Notes: generated by a model from the sequence alone, not told the origin. DNA of 64,000 nt from Vampirovibrionales bacterium (GCA_947458095.1 CANGYO010000001.1:6414-70413), one strand, 5' to 3'; shown: positions 1 through 9,856, numbered from the stretch's first letter. Translations and numbers: made by a program.

Positions 1-916
1 AAAAGGCTTTAAAAAACCTTAAAAACCTTGCGAATAAAGAAAATAGCCCCATTGCCAATGGGTATTTTACACCCTTGTAATAGAGGGCTTGGCCTGTAAC
101 AAAACAGGTGTTCCCTGACGTCGGATGCGTCCATTGAAAAGTAAACGAACCCTTCTCTGCTCGAGTATGAAACGCCACAACATCCACATACCATCCCCTT
201 CCTAAGGGGAGTAAGCAGGGCATCCACCCACGCACGGCAAGGACTTGACGCTCTAAAACCTCAAGGGGAGCCTCGGGATTTAAGATCACTTGTGTAATTT
301 GCTCCAATCGATGATGAGACGCCCCCCAGACCTCTTGTTCTCTGGCACTATGATGGTAGGCTTCTAAGCCTTTTTCTTCAATATCCGCCAAAACGCTTTC
401 AACAAGTAGTGGAAGCTCGTACAAGGTAAGGTTTTGCAAGTCTAAGCCTGACATCCCCGCCTCAATGGGTACCACGTGTTGTGCCAAAATTTTACCTTCA
501 TCCACGCAAGGTACCACTTGATGTAAGGTTAATCCGCTTTGGACTTCCCCTGCTAATACGCAAGCGATATAAGGATTCACCCCTCGGTGAGCGGGCAATA
601 AGGACGGATGCACGTTCCACACCTTAATTGGTGCCAAGGCTTCAAGTGTATGTGCCGTTAAAATCTCGCCCCACGACGCCAAAAGTAACACATCGGGCTT
701 TACCAAGGCTTTCAAATGATCCATCACAACGGACGCCTGAATACCATGGGGGCATTGAATAAAAGAAATGCCCGCTTCATGCCATTGGGGCATGGCGTGT
801 TCTTGAACGCTCGTGAGTATTGCCACAATTTGGATGCGTTCGGCTTGATGAGCCAAAAGCAAGGGCTTCATCAAGGCATGAAGCATCCGACCTTTTCCAA
901 CCACACAAAGTTTCAA
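1..916 (-). CDS. fmt: Formyltransferase-family protein, most likely methionyl-tRNA formyltransferase (Fmt); C-terminus runs off the window edge
   Basis: Manual translation of the minus strand gives ...KLCVVGKGRMLHALMKP...DVLLLASWGEILTAHTLEALAPIKVWNVHPSLLPAHRGVNPYIACVLAGEVQSGLTLHQVVPCVDEGKILAQ..., which contains the formyltransferase HPSLLP motif and an Fmt-like layout. The reading frame is open to position 1, which would explain its absence from the ORF track. TTG/GTG/ATG start candidates lie at 916/904/886. Confidence 0.6.
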   Translation of the reverse strand, partial: MKLCVVGKGRMLHALMKPLLLAHQAERIQIVAILTSVQEHAMPQWHEAGISFIQCPHGIQASVVMDHLKALVKPDVLLLASWGEILTAHTLEALAPIKVWNVHPSLLPAHRGVNPYIACVLAGEVQSGLTLHQVVPCVDEGKILAQHVVPIEAGMSGLDLQNLTLYELPLLVESVLADIEEKGLEAYHHSAREQEVWGASHHRLEQITQVILNPEAPLEVLERQVLAVRGWMPCLLPLGRGWYVDVVAFHTRAEKGSFTFQWTHPTSGNTCFVTGQALYYKGVKYPLAMGLFSLFARFLRFFKAF

Positions 917-952
917 GCCGTCTTCCTTACTGATGCCTTAAGTACTTGGAGC

Positions 953-1942
953 CTAAGGACTCGCAGGGGGAGGGGGCGTTCCTGCCATGGCATCTGATGC
1001 CATTGTAGCAGAAGAAGCCGCTTCGGTGTTTGATGTGGTGGTTTGATCACTACTGAGGAAAATATCCAATGTTAAGGTCAAAATCAACGGCGTATTGGCT
1101 TTTTTGGTAGAGCTTAAGGAAGAGATCGACGGAAGGGCAGGAAGTCCAGACGTTACACTAGGGGATACGCCTGAAGCAGAAGCCGTCACCGTGCTTGAAC
1201 TCGACGGTTTTGAAGTTGTGGCTCCTGACACAATGGCTTCTGGCACATTTCTAAATAATAAGACACTCGGGGCTTCTGTATCCACCTTAAATTCCAAACC
1301 TTTAATGCCCACCAAAGGCGAATGAATCGCTAATTTTCTGACAAAATTAACAAGTCCCACATAGGATCCACGTACATCAATTTTATAGGTATATTGTTCG
1401 GCAGGCACGTCCAACTTAAGTTGCTCTAATTCAGGGACGGGAAAAGGGGTCAGTTCTGGACTAAAGATATTTTTAGTCGCCCCTGCTTGAGCAGGAGCTG
1501 TTGTGGATGTCCCCGTCGCCGCAGGTGACGTTTCACTAAGCACCTGTTCCACATGAAAAATAGAAACGTCATGATGCGGTGCAGGCAGATTAAGCGGATC
1601 TGCACTAAGCCCTTCTAAGTCTTTCAAAAAATTAAAGATTTTCACAGAAGTAATTTCACCAGGTAAAATACGGAGTAGATCCGTCGTATTTTGCTCGGCT
1701 TCACCTTTGAGTTGAACCAATAACACATCGAGGGCTTCTTTTTCCTTAAGCTCTTGTTGTTTTGTGGCAATGTCTTTTTCAATTTGGGTCGCCGAAGCAA
1801 GTACAGACGCAAACAAGACATTAAACGCAATCACTAAAACGACGACAATACCCGCAATGCCTACCAAAACCTCAGGGGTTTGCATGACCTTTGGGAAGGC
1901 GGGATGATTAGGACCAAAGACGTTACTCGTTGTTTTTCGCAT
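953..1942 (-). CDS. pilO: Type IV pilus assembly protein PilO-like, with an N-terminal TM helix, a coiled coil and a Ser/Thr/Pro-rich C-terminal tail
   Basis: The 329 aa ORF has a TM helix (VLVGIAGIVVVLVIAF) followed by a coiled coil. It has a PilO-like core (YTYKIDVRGSYVGLVNFVRKLAIHSPLVGIKGLEF) and sits directly downstream of a PilM/N gene. Confidence 0.55.
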   Translation of the reverse strand: MRKTTSNVFGPNHPAFPKVMQTPEVLVGIAGIVVVLVIAFNVLFASVLASATQIEKDIATKQQELKEKEALDVLLVQLKGEAEQNTTDLLRILPGEITSVKIFNFLKDLEGLSADPLNLPAPHHDVSIFHVEQVLSETSPAATGTSTTAPAQAGATKNIFSPELTPFPVPELEQLKLDVPAEQYTYKIDVRGSYVGLVNFVRKLAIHSPLVGIKGLEFKVDTEAPSVLLFRNVPEAIVSGATTSKPSSSSTVTASASGVSPSVTSGLPALPSISSLSSTKKANTPLILTLTLDIFLSSDQTTTSNTEAASSATMASDAMAGTPPPPASP

Positions 1943-1966
1943 AATTTAAACCTCTATTAAGCGCTA

Positions 1967-3589
1967 TTAATGACTTGCTGGGGCGGGACTTGCCGGCGGT
2001 GCTGGCGCAGGAGTGGCCGCCGCAGGAGTGGCTTCTTCTGCAGTGGGGTCTGTTCCTGCTTGAGCCTGCCATTTATAGTATATATCTGTACTATTCACCT
2101 TGTCTAAGCCACCTATAGATCCTTCTGTAGGCGTCGGTGTCGTCGTAGGCTTAAAAGGGATTAAAGACGGTATAATGTTTAAAGAGTTGGGTTCTACATT
2201 GGAATAGGCTAATTTGTCTGCTAAAAACGTCGGTTGTATTTTTTCAAAATACCCTGCAATTTCTTGCCCGTTTTGACTACCCCCTTCTAAACGTAAAAAA
2301 CTTTTACCATTTACACATTGTAAAGTAATCGAATTAATCCATAATGTGTCGGGTAAATTTTTTTGTACCGTTGTCAACCATTTCACAATGCTGACATTAA
2401 AATCACTGTAACGTTTCAACCAAAGTGCCTTGGCATGCGCTTCAGGCGAAACATCGGGTGCTTTGTGGTTCGCAATTTTTTTAGTGACTTCATCTAGACT
2501 TAGTGTTTTACCAATGTTCATTGCTGAAAGTACACCATAGGCGACAATAACCAATGCCAAGACCAAAACATTCGTCGCAATCGCAAAAGGTAGTATCTTG
2601 GTACGGTAATCTGCCACCATCACTTCGATTTGACGTTCTTTGGGAAGCAAGTTTAAACTTTCAAATGATGCCAGTTCCTTAAACATCGACGCCCCTAAGG
2701 CTTCAACCGTACAAGGATACAAAGGCTTTTTCGCCCCTAAAGAAGCGATGGTTTCATGGTTTTGCTCAACCAACACCACTTCATCAAACTGTGCAAAGGC
2801 CGTTGCCAGTAATTCGGCAGGCACTTTAGAATTATTATGCACCACAATCGCTTCTTTACAGTCGTGAAGCAAATCGCTTAAGCCTTCAATGTCTTGCTGT
2901 AAATCATTCACAATATCAGACGAATCAATGTTTTGAGCCGAGATAGGGGCTTCAATTAAACTGGTGATATGCGCCCCTTCCAAGACCAATGTGGTGAAAT
3001 TACTTTCATTTAAAATAGAAAGCAATCGTTTTTGACCGTCATTGGCAAGCGTGCCTGTACTAATCAATCCTTTCAAAAGAGCCGTTACATTACTTTCAAC
3101 GGAACAAAGATTTATTTTCAACTGATTTAAAATAGACAGCATTTCAGTCAAAGCCGAAAGGGGATACGCTGTATATACACAGTATTCGTTTTCAGCGTCT
3201 TCCACATTTAAAAACAACCAATCTAAGGTCGGGGCTTCACGTTTAAATAAGACGGAACGTTCCGCTTCACTGACTAAAATGTTATGTAAGTCGCGTTCAT
3301 GCATACCAGGAGGCAGGCCGAGCATACGTGTATAAAAACTAGACAGCATTAAGGTCACTGGCAAATTGGGTGGAATACTCAGTTCTTGGAATAAGGATTG
3401 AACACTTTCCATGAAGTTGTCAGGCACTAAAATAGCTCGAGTCGCCAAATCAACACTGGTAATAGGAATATACCCAGCATTAATAATTTGACCAGATTGT
3501 GTGTTAATCCACACCAATTCAAGCCTTGAAAAATCGGATGAAAACGCCAAGGACACAACACCATTTTGGGGAGCAGCTAAAATCATCAT
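1967..3589 (-). CDS. pilMN: PilM-PilN fusion protein (type IV pilus inner-membrane platform)
   Basis: The 540 aa ORF has an N-terminal ~350 aa actin-like PilM-type region. A TM helix (ATNVLVLALVIVAYGVL) and a PilN-like periplasmic domain follow, ending in a Pro/Ala/Thr-rich tail. Confidence 0.55.
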   Translation of the reverse strand: MMILAAPQNGVVSLAFSSDFSRLELVWINTQSGQIINAGYIPITSVDLATRAILVPDNFMESVQSLFQELSIPPNLPVTLMLSSFYTRMLGLPPGMHERDLHNILVSEAERSVLFKREAPTLDWLFLNVEDAENEYCVYTAYPLSALTEMLSILNQLKINLCSVESNVTALLKGLISTGTLANDGQKRLLSILNESNFTTLVLEGAHITSLIEAPISAQNIDSSDIVNDLQQDIEGLSDLLHDCKEAIVVHNNSKVPAELLATAFAQFDEVVLVEQNHETIASLGAKKPLYPCTVEALGASMFKELASFESLNLLPKERQIEVMVADYRTKILPFAIATNVLVLALVIVAYGVLSAMNIGKTLSLDEVTKKIANHKAPDVSPEAHAKALWLKRYSDFNVSIVKWLTTVQKNLPDTLWINSITLQCVNGKSFLRLEGGSQNGQEIAGYFEKIQPTFLADKLAYSNVEPNSLNIIPSLIPFKPTTTPTPTEGSIGGLDKVNSTDIYYKWQAQAGTDPTAEEATPAAATPAPAPPASPAPASH

Positions 3590-4191
3590 AGGGGGCTTTT
3601 ATTCCTCTTTCTCAAAAAATGTAATGGTTTTACATGTTTTATGCTTTCTCTCTATTTACTATACGCTACACTGCCCGCAATACTTTAAGGCGTACCGTAA
3701 AAATCACTTACATGAAGGAACGTTTTGCGAGAATCATCAAACACACCGTCATTGCCTTGCAACGCATTTCCCCTCATTCCCATCGTGTGTTTTCAACACC
3801 AACCCCACCATCTAATGGAAGCTTTACAAAAAAAGACTTGCCTTTCAATTCGACTGTGCTAACATAACATTGCGGAACGCCTTAAATGCTTTGGTGTGTT
3901 TTAAACACTTATTAGACTAAACATTGATCGCCTTTCGATGCGGCTTAGGCTGCGAACTGTATGCGGAAAAGACGGTGGCTAAACCCCACTTTCGACCTAA
4001 ACCACGGATGCTTTCTTAAGTTCCCTTGTGTTTTGACTGATGACCGAGCATTTCCCCATTGCGGTTACCCCCTTGTGAAATAATACAAGGCACAATTGAA
4101 TCCACGGTAAAGAGCTGTTTGGTCATTCAACGGTAGCGGCGATGCTATACACGGAGCGTTTAAGTTTAGCAAGTACGGAGATTCCACCCTC

Positions 4192-5256
4192 ATGAGAGAC
4201 TGGAAGAATAAAAACACGTTGGCTTGTTTAGTATTGGCTTTATTGATTGCTTCTCATTGGAACGTCCTTGTCTGCGACGCCCAAGAACAAGTCCCTTCGT
4301 TGCCCAGCAACGAAAAATTGACCCTTTTGCCTACAAAAGCAAAAGCATTGATCGCAAACTTGCCCTTAATGAAAGATGTCGCCTTTGCTGAAGGCATGGC
4401 GTCAGGTGACACCTTTAAGTCTAGTAAGCCTGCGGAAACTTCGGTTAAAACAACCACTCAAGTGGTTTCCTTAGAACGCAGTGCCAAAGAAGAACGTCAA
4501 GAACAACTCGATCTTGTCGTGACACGGCACTTGCAAGCCGTGCCTGACAAAATCGTGCTAAACACGATGTTTGCCAAAGAACTACCGTATTCCTTGCGGA
4601 CGGTTTACAATAAGCAACTCGAAGAAGCAGGCTTCTATATTAATGAGCAAGAAGTCTTTCGCTTTCGTTCACGATTGGGCTTTTTAACGCCTTACTTGCG
4701 TTCTAAGCAAGTGGCGGATCGCTTGAGTAGCGTTGCCAAATCACCCCTTCGCTTTCAGGATGTTCACTTAGAACGTCAAGCCGAAGGCGATTACAAGCTC
4801 ATGATTGGTAAGCATCTGCTTACGGTGGTGGATGAATCCACGGCTGTTGCGGCTCACATGCCCTTAGATACCCTCGCTAAATTGTGGATGAAACAGCTCC
4901 GCACCGCACTGGGTGAAAAGCCTGTACCCGCCCCTTCGATGTTTGATTTAAAAGCATCAGGACGCTTCATCGCCAAAGGTGTGGCATCTTGGTACGGACC
5001 AGGGTTTCACGGTCGTAAATCGGCGGATGGGTCTCGTTTTAACATGCACCACATGACCGCTGCCCATAAAACCTTGCCGTTTGGCACGAAAGTCAAAGTC
5101 ATTAACGAGCGTAACGGCAAAAGCTGTGTGGTTCGCATCACGGATCGAGGGCCGTATAGCCATCATCGTGTGATTGATTTGTCTAAAGCGGCGGCTCAAG
5201 CGATTGGGGCGGTGTCTTCAGGCGTGGCGAAAGTCCGCCTCGAAGTCTTGAATTAG
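4192..5256 (+). CDS. rlpA: RlpA-family septal-ring lytic transglycosylase (DPBB domain) with a signal peptide
   Basis: The C-terminal WYGPGFHGRKSADGSRFNMHHMTAAHKTLPFGTKVKVINERNGKSCVVRITDRGPY is a canonical RlpA double-psi beta-barrel. The N-terminus is a hydrophobic signal sequence. Confidence 0.75.
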   Translation: MRDWKNKNTLACLVLALLIASHWNVLVCDAQEQVPSLPSNEKLTLLPTKAKALIANLPLMKDVAFAEGMASGDTFKSSKPAETSVKTTTQVVSLERSAKEERQEQLDLVVTRHLQAVPDKIVLNTMFAKELPYSLRTVYNKQLEEAGFYINEQEVFRFRSRLGFLTPYLRSKQVADRLSSVAKSPLRFQDVHLERQAEGDYKLMIGKHLLTVVDESTAVAAHMPLDTLAKLWMKQLRTALGEKPVPAPSMFDLKASGRFIAKGVASWYGPGFHGRKSADGSRFNMHHMTAAHKTLPFGTKVKVINERNGKSCVVRITDRGPYSHHRVIDLSKAAAQAIGAVSSGVAKVRLEVLN

Positions 5257-5270
5257 ATTATTTTTCAACT

Positions 5271-5307
5271 AAAAAGCCCTCTTTTCTTTATGCAAGGAGG
5301 GCTTTTT
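5271..5307. terminator. Bidirectional Rho-independent terminator between convergent rlpA and holA
   Basis: The sequence aaaaagccctc-ttttctttatgcaag-gagggcttttt has a 7-bp GC-rich stem flanked by an A-run and a T-run. Confidence 0.6.
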
Positions 5308-5318
5308 GCTTACTGGAT

Positions 5319-6296
5319 TTACGTCAGCATCAACTGCTCTAGGACTAAGACAGGGTTGTCGTCCCCACTTTTCAGGCGAAACTCCACTTCAAGTAAACGA
5401 CGCTTCAACGCCTCAAGATTCGCCAGACTCAAACCACGCACCTTCTCTAAATCCTTTTGAATAGGGAAGACCTTCTTCCCCTCAACTTGAGCCATCTCTT
5501 CCAATGACTGCCCCACCGCCAACCCACGCTTGATGCGGTAATAATAGTTCACCCGACTCGACAATAAGGCGAGAAACTTAATCGGAGCATCGCTCACCAA
5601 CAACGCATTGAGATCGTGCATGCTCCGATGCGTCAAGCGTTTTTGCAACCACGCATCCACCACGCTAAAGGTTTGGGCATCTAGCACACTAAAGCTTCGC
5701 ACATGGTGGGCTTCAATGACTTGAGCATTCGTAAAGGCATGGAGCTTTTCACATTCATTCACCAAAGGACGCAAGTCATTGCCCATGAACTCCACCAATA
5801 AAAAAGCGGCGTCTCGACTCAAGCGAATATCGAGGTACTGGCATTCTTCCATAAGAAAATGTACGGCTTTTTCAGCGTCCCAAAAGGCGGGCGTATCAAA
5901 CAAGTGAAGCACGCTTGCTTTATGAGATTTTATCCACTTGCCTAATTTCATGCGAACATCCAGCTTCGACGTCAAAAAAATGATGTCCTTCTGCTCCGCT
6001 TGAGCCTCCAACGCCTCAATGAGTTCAGGCACACGCCCCTTGTCGTCTTCTTTGAGATCATACAACCCCTGCCAGTGATGCACTTCCACCACAGGCAAGC
6101 CGCCCAAGGCAAAAAAGCTGGTGTTCAAGGTTTCCAACAACTGCGAAAAACTCGGATCGTCCAAGACATGATGCGTCAACGCACCCAACTCGCTATTGAC
6201 GACCTGCTTCCGCAAAGCCCTAAACGCCCGTTCCTTGCGGTATTCATCCGTGCCGTAAAACACATGAATCGCCATACTTAAAACGCCAATTTCCAA
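5319..6296 (-). CDS. holA: DNA polymerase III delta subunit
   Basis: The 325 aa ORF starts IHVFYGTDEYRKERAF..., a typical HolA start, and its size and helical C-terminal domain are consistent with HolA. It overlaps the upstream MlaD-like gene by 19 nt, suggesting an operon. Confidence 0.65.
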   Translation of the reverse strand: MEIGVLSMAIHVFYGTDEYRKERAFRALRKQVVNSELGALTHHVLDDPSFSQLLETLNTSFFALGGLPVVEVHHWQGLYDLKEDDKGRVPELIEALEAQAEQKDIIFLTSKLDVRMKLGKWIKSHKASVLHLFDTPAFWDAEKAVHFLMEECQYLDIRLSRDAAFLLVEFMGNDLRPLVNECEKLHAFTNAQVIEAHHVRSFSVLDAQTFSVVDAWLQKRLTHRSMHDLNALLVSDAPIKFLALLSSRVNYYYRIKRGLAVGQSLEEMAQVEGKKVFPIQKDLEKVRGLSLANLEALKRRLLEVEFRLKSGDDNPVLVLEQLMLT

Positions 6297-7639
6297 AGCA
6301 CAAAATGCCCTTGCAATTTTTGGCTAAATTGCTTGAGATTTTGAAGGGTCACGGTGGCGTCTTTCACCACATTTTGAAGCACTTCCTTCGTAATCGGATT
6401 GGTTTTGTCATTCGTCACCTGATTCGCTTTCACGAGCAAGGTATTCAGCTCGCTTAAGGTGACTTCCATTTTCGTGGTGAGCGTTTCGGCTTCGAGCTTG
6501 GTTTTCGCCAAAGTCGCCACATTATTCACGTTGTCTAACGCCAAGTTGGCTTTTTTCAGTGTCTGCCCCAGTTCAGGCGAACTAATCAAGGCTTGAGCCT
6601 GCAAGACGGTTTGACGCAAATCGGTGATGAGTCCCTTGAAATCGTCTTTCAGCATAGGGTCGTTCACCAAAATGTTGATATTGTTCATCAAGCGGTTCAG
6701 CGATTTACTCAACGTCGCCACCGATTGCACCATGCTGTGAATGTCTTGTTTCAAGGTTTTGAGCAAGCTTTGTGTGGTCGAAACCAATTCCGTCGTTTGC
6801 CCAGAGAGCAATTTCACGTTTTCAATAATTTGTTGAATATGCACAATGGTTTCAGCATCCAACAGCGCATTGATTTTGTCGTTGGTTTCTTTCAACGCTT
6901 CAGCAGATGCGATCGACGCTTGCAAGAATTTTTTGAGTCGTAACGGCGTTTCCACCGTAAAATAAGTACCACTCGCAGGCAACGACTGAGGCGACCATTC
7001 CGCATCATACGAATCAATCCGCAAGGCAAGCCCCTCTTTAGAAGGCTTCATAAAGTAAAACGGCACTTCAGGCAATAAAATCCCTGGCCGTGTAATGCGA
7101 AAATACAGACGTTTACCCAAGTAAAACTTCTTTTTGTTCAACGGCGTTTCAGGAGGTGCCTGCAAGGCTTCCACCTTTTCAACCGTGCCAATATCCACCC
7201 AGCCTTCTTTCATGCGAAGCTCCAAGTTCCACGGCAAGGGATGCTTAGGCACATTATACGCCGTTTCCACATCCGTCCACTGTAGGTGAGGCGGTGTAAT
7301 CTCAAGGAGCTTTTCGCTAATCAAGCCCGATTGCTCAATCGACAACACCGACGCCTTGGGGATGGGATTGTCTTTGCTGGCGAGGCGAAACTGCACGTCG
7401 ACATCAAACTTGTTTTTGTCGAACTGCGGGATGATTTTTTCCACATAGCCGACTTGGGTTCCCATGAGTTGCACGGGTGCGCCTTCACGCAAACCGTCGA
7501 CATCGGGGAAGGAGACGCTATAGGCGAGGCCTTGTTGGAACTCACGGCTTTTGAGCCAATACACGGTGCCAAATAAAACGCCCAAGCTGAGCAAGGTGAA
7601 GAGTCCTACTTTAACGGCATTGCTTTTTGAAAAAGACAC
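6278..7639 (-). CDS. MlaD/MCE-family protein with a long C-terminal coiled coil
   Basis: The N-terminal TM helix and Mce domain (VKVGLFTLLSLGVLFGTVYWL...GLAYSVSFPDVDGLREGAPVQLMGTQVGYVEKI) are followed by an extended coiled-coil region. Confidence 0.65.
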   Translation of the reverse strand: MSFSKSNAVKVGLFTLLSLGVLFGTVYWLKSREFQQGLAYSVSFPDVDGLREGAPVQLMGTQVGYVEKIIPQFDKNKFDVDVQFRLASKDNPIPKASVLSIEQSGLISEKLLEITPPHLQWTDVETAYNVPKHPLPWNLELRMKEGWVDIGTVEKVEALQAPPETPLNKKKFYLGKRLYFRITRPGILLPEVPFYFMKPSKEGLALRIDSYDAEWSPQSLPASGTYFTVETPLRLKKFLQASIASAEALKETNDKINALLDAETIVHIQQIIENVKLLSGQTTELVSTTQSLLKTLKQDIHSMVQSVATLSKSLNRLMNNINILVNDPMLKDDFKGLITDLRQTVLQAQALISSPELGQTLKKANLALDNVNNVATLAKTKLEAETLTTKMEVTLSELNTLLVKANQVTNDKTNPITKEVLQNVVKDATVTLQNLKQFSQKLQGHFVLWKLAF

Positions 7640-7832
7640 GTCTAACGCTCCTTGTGGATGATTGTCTCTTATCTTACCTCAAAGAACGTTTTTGCACAAT
7701 TTTATTGTTTTGGGTGAACGTGGATTGTGGCTTGAAAGGCTTACGACTTTATGCTAGCCTAATGAAAACCTGAACTAAAAGGGTTGCTAATAAGCAACAC
7801 CCCCATTCTGTAACGAAAGGAGGTGAGGCAAA

Positions 7833-7895
7833 ATGGATCATATAGAACATCTTTCGATGTTACTAATTATCCTCCTTCTAGTGTGGAAACGTTAG
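7833..7895 (+). CDS. Candidate 20-aa hydrophobic peptide MDHIEHLSMLLIILLLVWKR (type I toxin-like small ORF)
   Basis: ATG lies 7 nt after AAAGGAGGTGA. The ORF frame and length are conserved across 4 of the 5 copies, and the C-terminal half is a single hydrophobic helix. Confidence 0.5.
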   Translation: MDHIEHLSMLLIILLLVWKR

Positions 7896-7954
7896 GAGGA
7901 TAGCTTTCAAAGGAGTTCTCAAGCCTCGCAAGCTTGGGGACTCCCCCTTTTTAT

Positions 7955-7983
7955 ATTGTGGCAAATGTCGTGAGCTTTGTCAA
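7955..7983 (-). promoter_or_regulatory. Convergent (antisense) sigma70-like promoter TTGACA-N17-CACAAT
   Basis: On the minus strand the sequence reads TTGACAaagctcacgacatttgcCACAAT. The hexamers and 17-nt spacing are conserved in all five copies while the spacer sequence differs. Confidence 0.55.
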
Positions 7984-8028
7984 GGGGGCGGTTCTATTCT
8001 TCCTCCTGATTTGGGGAGGGCAACCGCC

Positions 8029-9531
8029 TTAGCGTTTCACCTTATTGCGGATCGCCGCCCCAATTTGGAAGAGCAAGTACCCTTGAATGAGGTGTTGCAG
8101 GATGTACACGAGGTAAAACCGCTCCCCCATTTTAGTGGCGACGGTTTTAATAGCGTTTTGAATAGGTTCAACTTTATATAATATAAGTGGGAAGCTAGCA
8201 CTCAAACTAGTCCACAATGGATCCCAAAAACAATTGCCTCTATAGTAAAGAAACCCAAAACAGACCACTATGAAAAACCAAAGTAGCGGAAGCATTGCAC
8301 TTAGTCCATACGCTGATGTCCACAAGTAAAAGGTGTTCCAGCTAAACCATTTGTTTTGATAGAACTGATGCCAAAAGTGAAAGTCGTTAGACAATTGAGC
8401 ATCTCCTGCATCTAAGGCACTGACTTTTAAATAGCCGTAGGATTCTATTTTTTCGAGGGTGTCCGTGGTATTAAGTTTTTTAAAAGCTCGAAACTTTAGC
8501 CAAAACGGGAGAAACTTGAAACATTCAAGTGCTTTTTCAGAATCCCATTTGCAGAGGTAAAATCCCATGCCTGCGACGTAACTACCGCCTGTAATGGAAA
8601 CCTGTTGCATGGCAACCTTTGTAAAGACGACGTTTTTGCCGTAAAAGCCACATTCTTTAAAGTGAACCGTCACCTTTGATTCTTTTTTGAGATTACGCAC
8701 TTTAATACAGATACCACTACTATCCACTTCTATATTTTCAAATTGAACGTTGCCTGTACTTTCTTCTAAGCAATTTTCCAAGTCTACAACAAGCGAACGT
8801 TTATCTGACTCAAAACTCGTGTCTTTTATGATAATCTCGCCGTTTAATTCATTTGGTACAATTCCTAAATAATCGTGCGTGGTGGCGTGGTCAAAATTAA
8901 GTTGAGCATTTTCTAAAATTATTTCTTTAAAAGAAGTGTGCTTTTCGAAGGTGGTGTCTGCGAAATACGCTAAGCCTGAAAAGGAGGCCTTGTAAAAATC
9001 CGCCTTTCTTGAGAAGGTGGTGTTTATGAAATACGCTATGTCTGAAAAGGTGGCCCGCCAAAAATACGCATTACGTTTGAAGGCGGTGTTTGTGAAATCC
9101 GCTATGCCTGAAAAGGTGGTACACCTGAAATCCGCCCTTCTTGAGAAGTTGGTGTGTGTGAAATCCACCTCGCTTGTGAAGGTGGTGTTTGTGAAATACG
9201 CTATGCCTGAAAAGGTGGTGTGTGTGAAATACGCATTACGTGTGAAAATTGTTTTGGTTCCGAAATCACAAGCAATAAACTCTTTTTCAAAAGTGGCACT
9301 CTTGCTATTGAAGGTAAAAGGACATTCTAGGGTGTCCCAAATACCATCATCTGTTTCTATGGGCTTTTTTTCAATACCACACGCAAGTAACAATTCAGCC
9401 AAGTTAAAGTCTACTTTGACTTGGCAGTTTTCAAGGTCTAATACGCCTGAATCGAGGGCTTGACGTAACAGCTCTTCAAGGTCTTTTTTTGTGCTAATCA
9501 CACATTCAATTTGGCGTTCTTTGACGTTCAC
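8029..9531 (-). CDS. Pentapeptide-repeat protein with a C-terminal multi-TM domain
   Basis: Long tandem A(D/N)FxxTxF pentapeptide repeats (NAYFTHTTFSGIAYFTNTTFTSEVDFTHTNFSRRADFRCTTFSGIADF...) are followed by hydrophobic helices (MLPLLWFFIVVCFGFLYY...). Confidence 0.75.
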   Translation of the reverse strand: MNVKERQIECVISTKKDLEELLRQALDSGVLDLENCQVKVDFNLAELLLACGIEKKPIETDDGIWDTLECPFTFNSKSATFEKEFIACDFGTKTIFTRNAYFTHTTFSGIAYFTNTTFTSEVDFTHTNFSRRADFRCTTFSGIADFTNTAFKRNAYFWRATFSDIAYFINTTFSRKADFYKASFSGLAYFADTTFEKHTSFKEIILENAQLNFDHATTHDYLGIVPNELNGEIIIKDTSFESDKRSLVVDLENCLEESTGNVQFENIEVDSSGICIKVRNLKKESKVTVHFKECGFYGKNVVFTKVAMQQVSITGGSYVAGMGFYLCKWDSEKALECFKFLPFWLKFRAFKKLNTTDTLEKIESYGYLKVSALDAGDAQLSNDFHFWHQFYQNKWFSWNTFYLWTSAYGLSAMLPLLWFFIVVCFGFLYYRGNCFWDPLWTSLSASFPLILYKVEPIQNAIKTVATKMGERFYLVYILQHLIQGYLLFQIGAAIRNKVKR

Positions 9532-9600
9532 AGGGTCGTCCTTCTTGCGTTGGGGGTGGGTTTCCCCTAGTCTAGCATGAAAACGCTGTCCCTTGGTTCT

Positions 9601-9730
9601 GTCCCCCCTCCTAATTTTAGGAGGGGGTTAGGGGGCGGTTAAACCCTAGACTCCGTTTGTGGTTTAACCTCACCCTCGAACGTCCTTCAGACGTTCTCTT
9701 CCCTCTCCTAAAATTAGGAGAGGGGACAAG
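9601..9730. repeat. Composite palindromic element P1 (three nested hairpins), reverse complement of the 16679 element
   Basis: It contains cccccctcctaattttaggaggggg, ggttaaaccctagactccgtttgtggtttaacc, gaacgtccttcagacgttc and cccctctcctaaaattaggagagggg. Related copies are at 15140 and 16679. Confidence 0.8.
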
Positions 9731-9793
9731 AAAAAGCTGTAAGCCAATAATAAGAAACACCCCCATTCTGTAACAGAAAGGAGGTGAGCTAAA

Positions 9794-9856
9794 ATGGATA
9801 CTCGTGAAGGACTAATCTTCTTGATTATCTACCTATTAGTCTTAAAACTAAGCTAA
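9794..9856 (+). CDS. Candidate 20-aa hydrophobic peptide MDTREGLIFLIIYLLVLKLS
   Basis: It has the same RBS, frame and length as the other copies. The sequence is divergent but hydrophobicity is preserved. Confidence 0.45.
   Translation: MDTREGLIFLIIYLLVLKLS

Larger units (their letters stand above)
7730..7984 (+). repeat. Peptide/antisense module, copy A (full-length, with 5' extension)
   Basis: Shares the conserved blocks ...tttatgctagc..aaagggttgctaataagcaacaccccca..tctgtaac.aaaggaggtga...ATGGAT...ttatcctcc-loop-ggaggata...cttggggactccccctttttatattgtggcaaat...ctttgtcaag with copies at 9755, 15420(rc), 16846 and 17074. Confidence 0.8.

Noticed and set aside
9-227. 72-aa minus-strand ORF at the window start
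   Set aside because: It lies inside the formyltransferase gene region in a different frame from the HPSLLP-containing frame. It is most likely an overlapping spurious ORF. A frameshift in the fmt C-terminus cannot be ruled out.
3501-3867. Two overlapping ~100-aa ORFs in the pilMN-rlpA gap
   Set aside because: They have low-complexity, stop-prone composition and overlap each other in different frames. There is no RBS or domain evidence.
9017-9463. 148-aa plus-strand ORF with repetitive VKxAxxEKV units
   Set aside because: It is the antisense-frame shadow of the pentapeptide-repeat gene. The periodicity comes from the tandem pentapeptide DNA repeats on the other strand.
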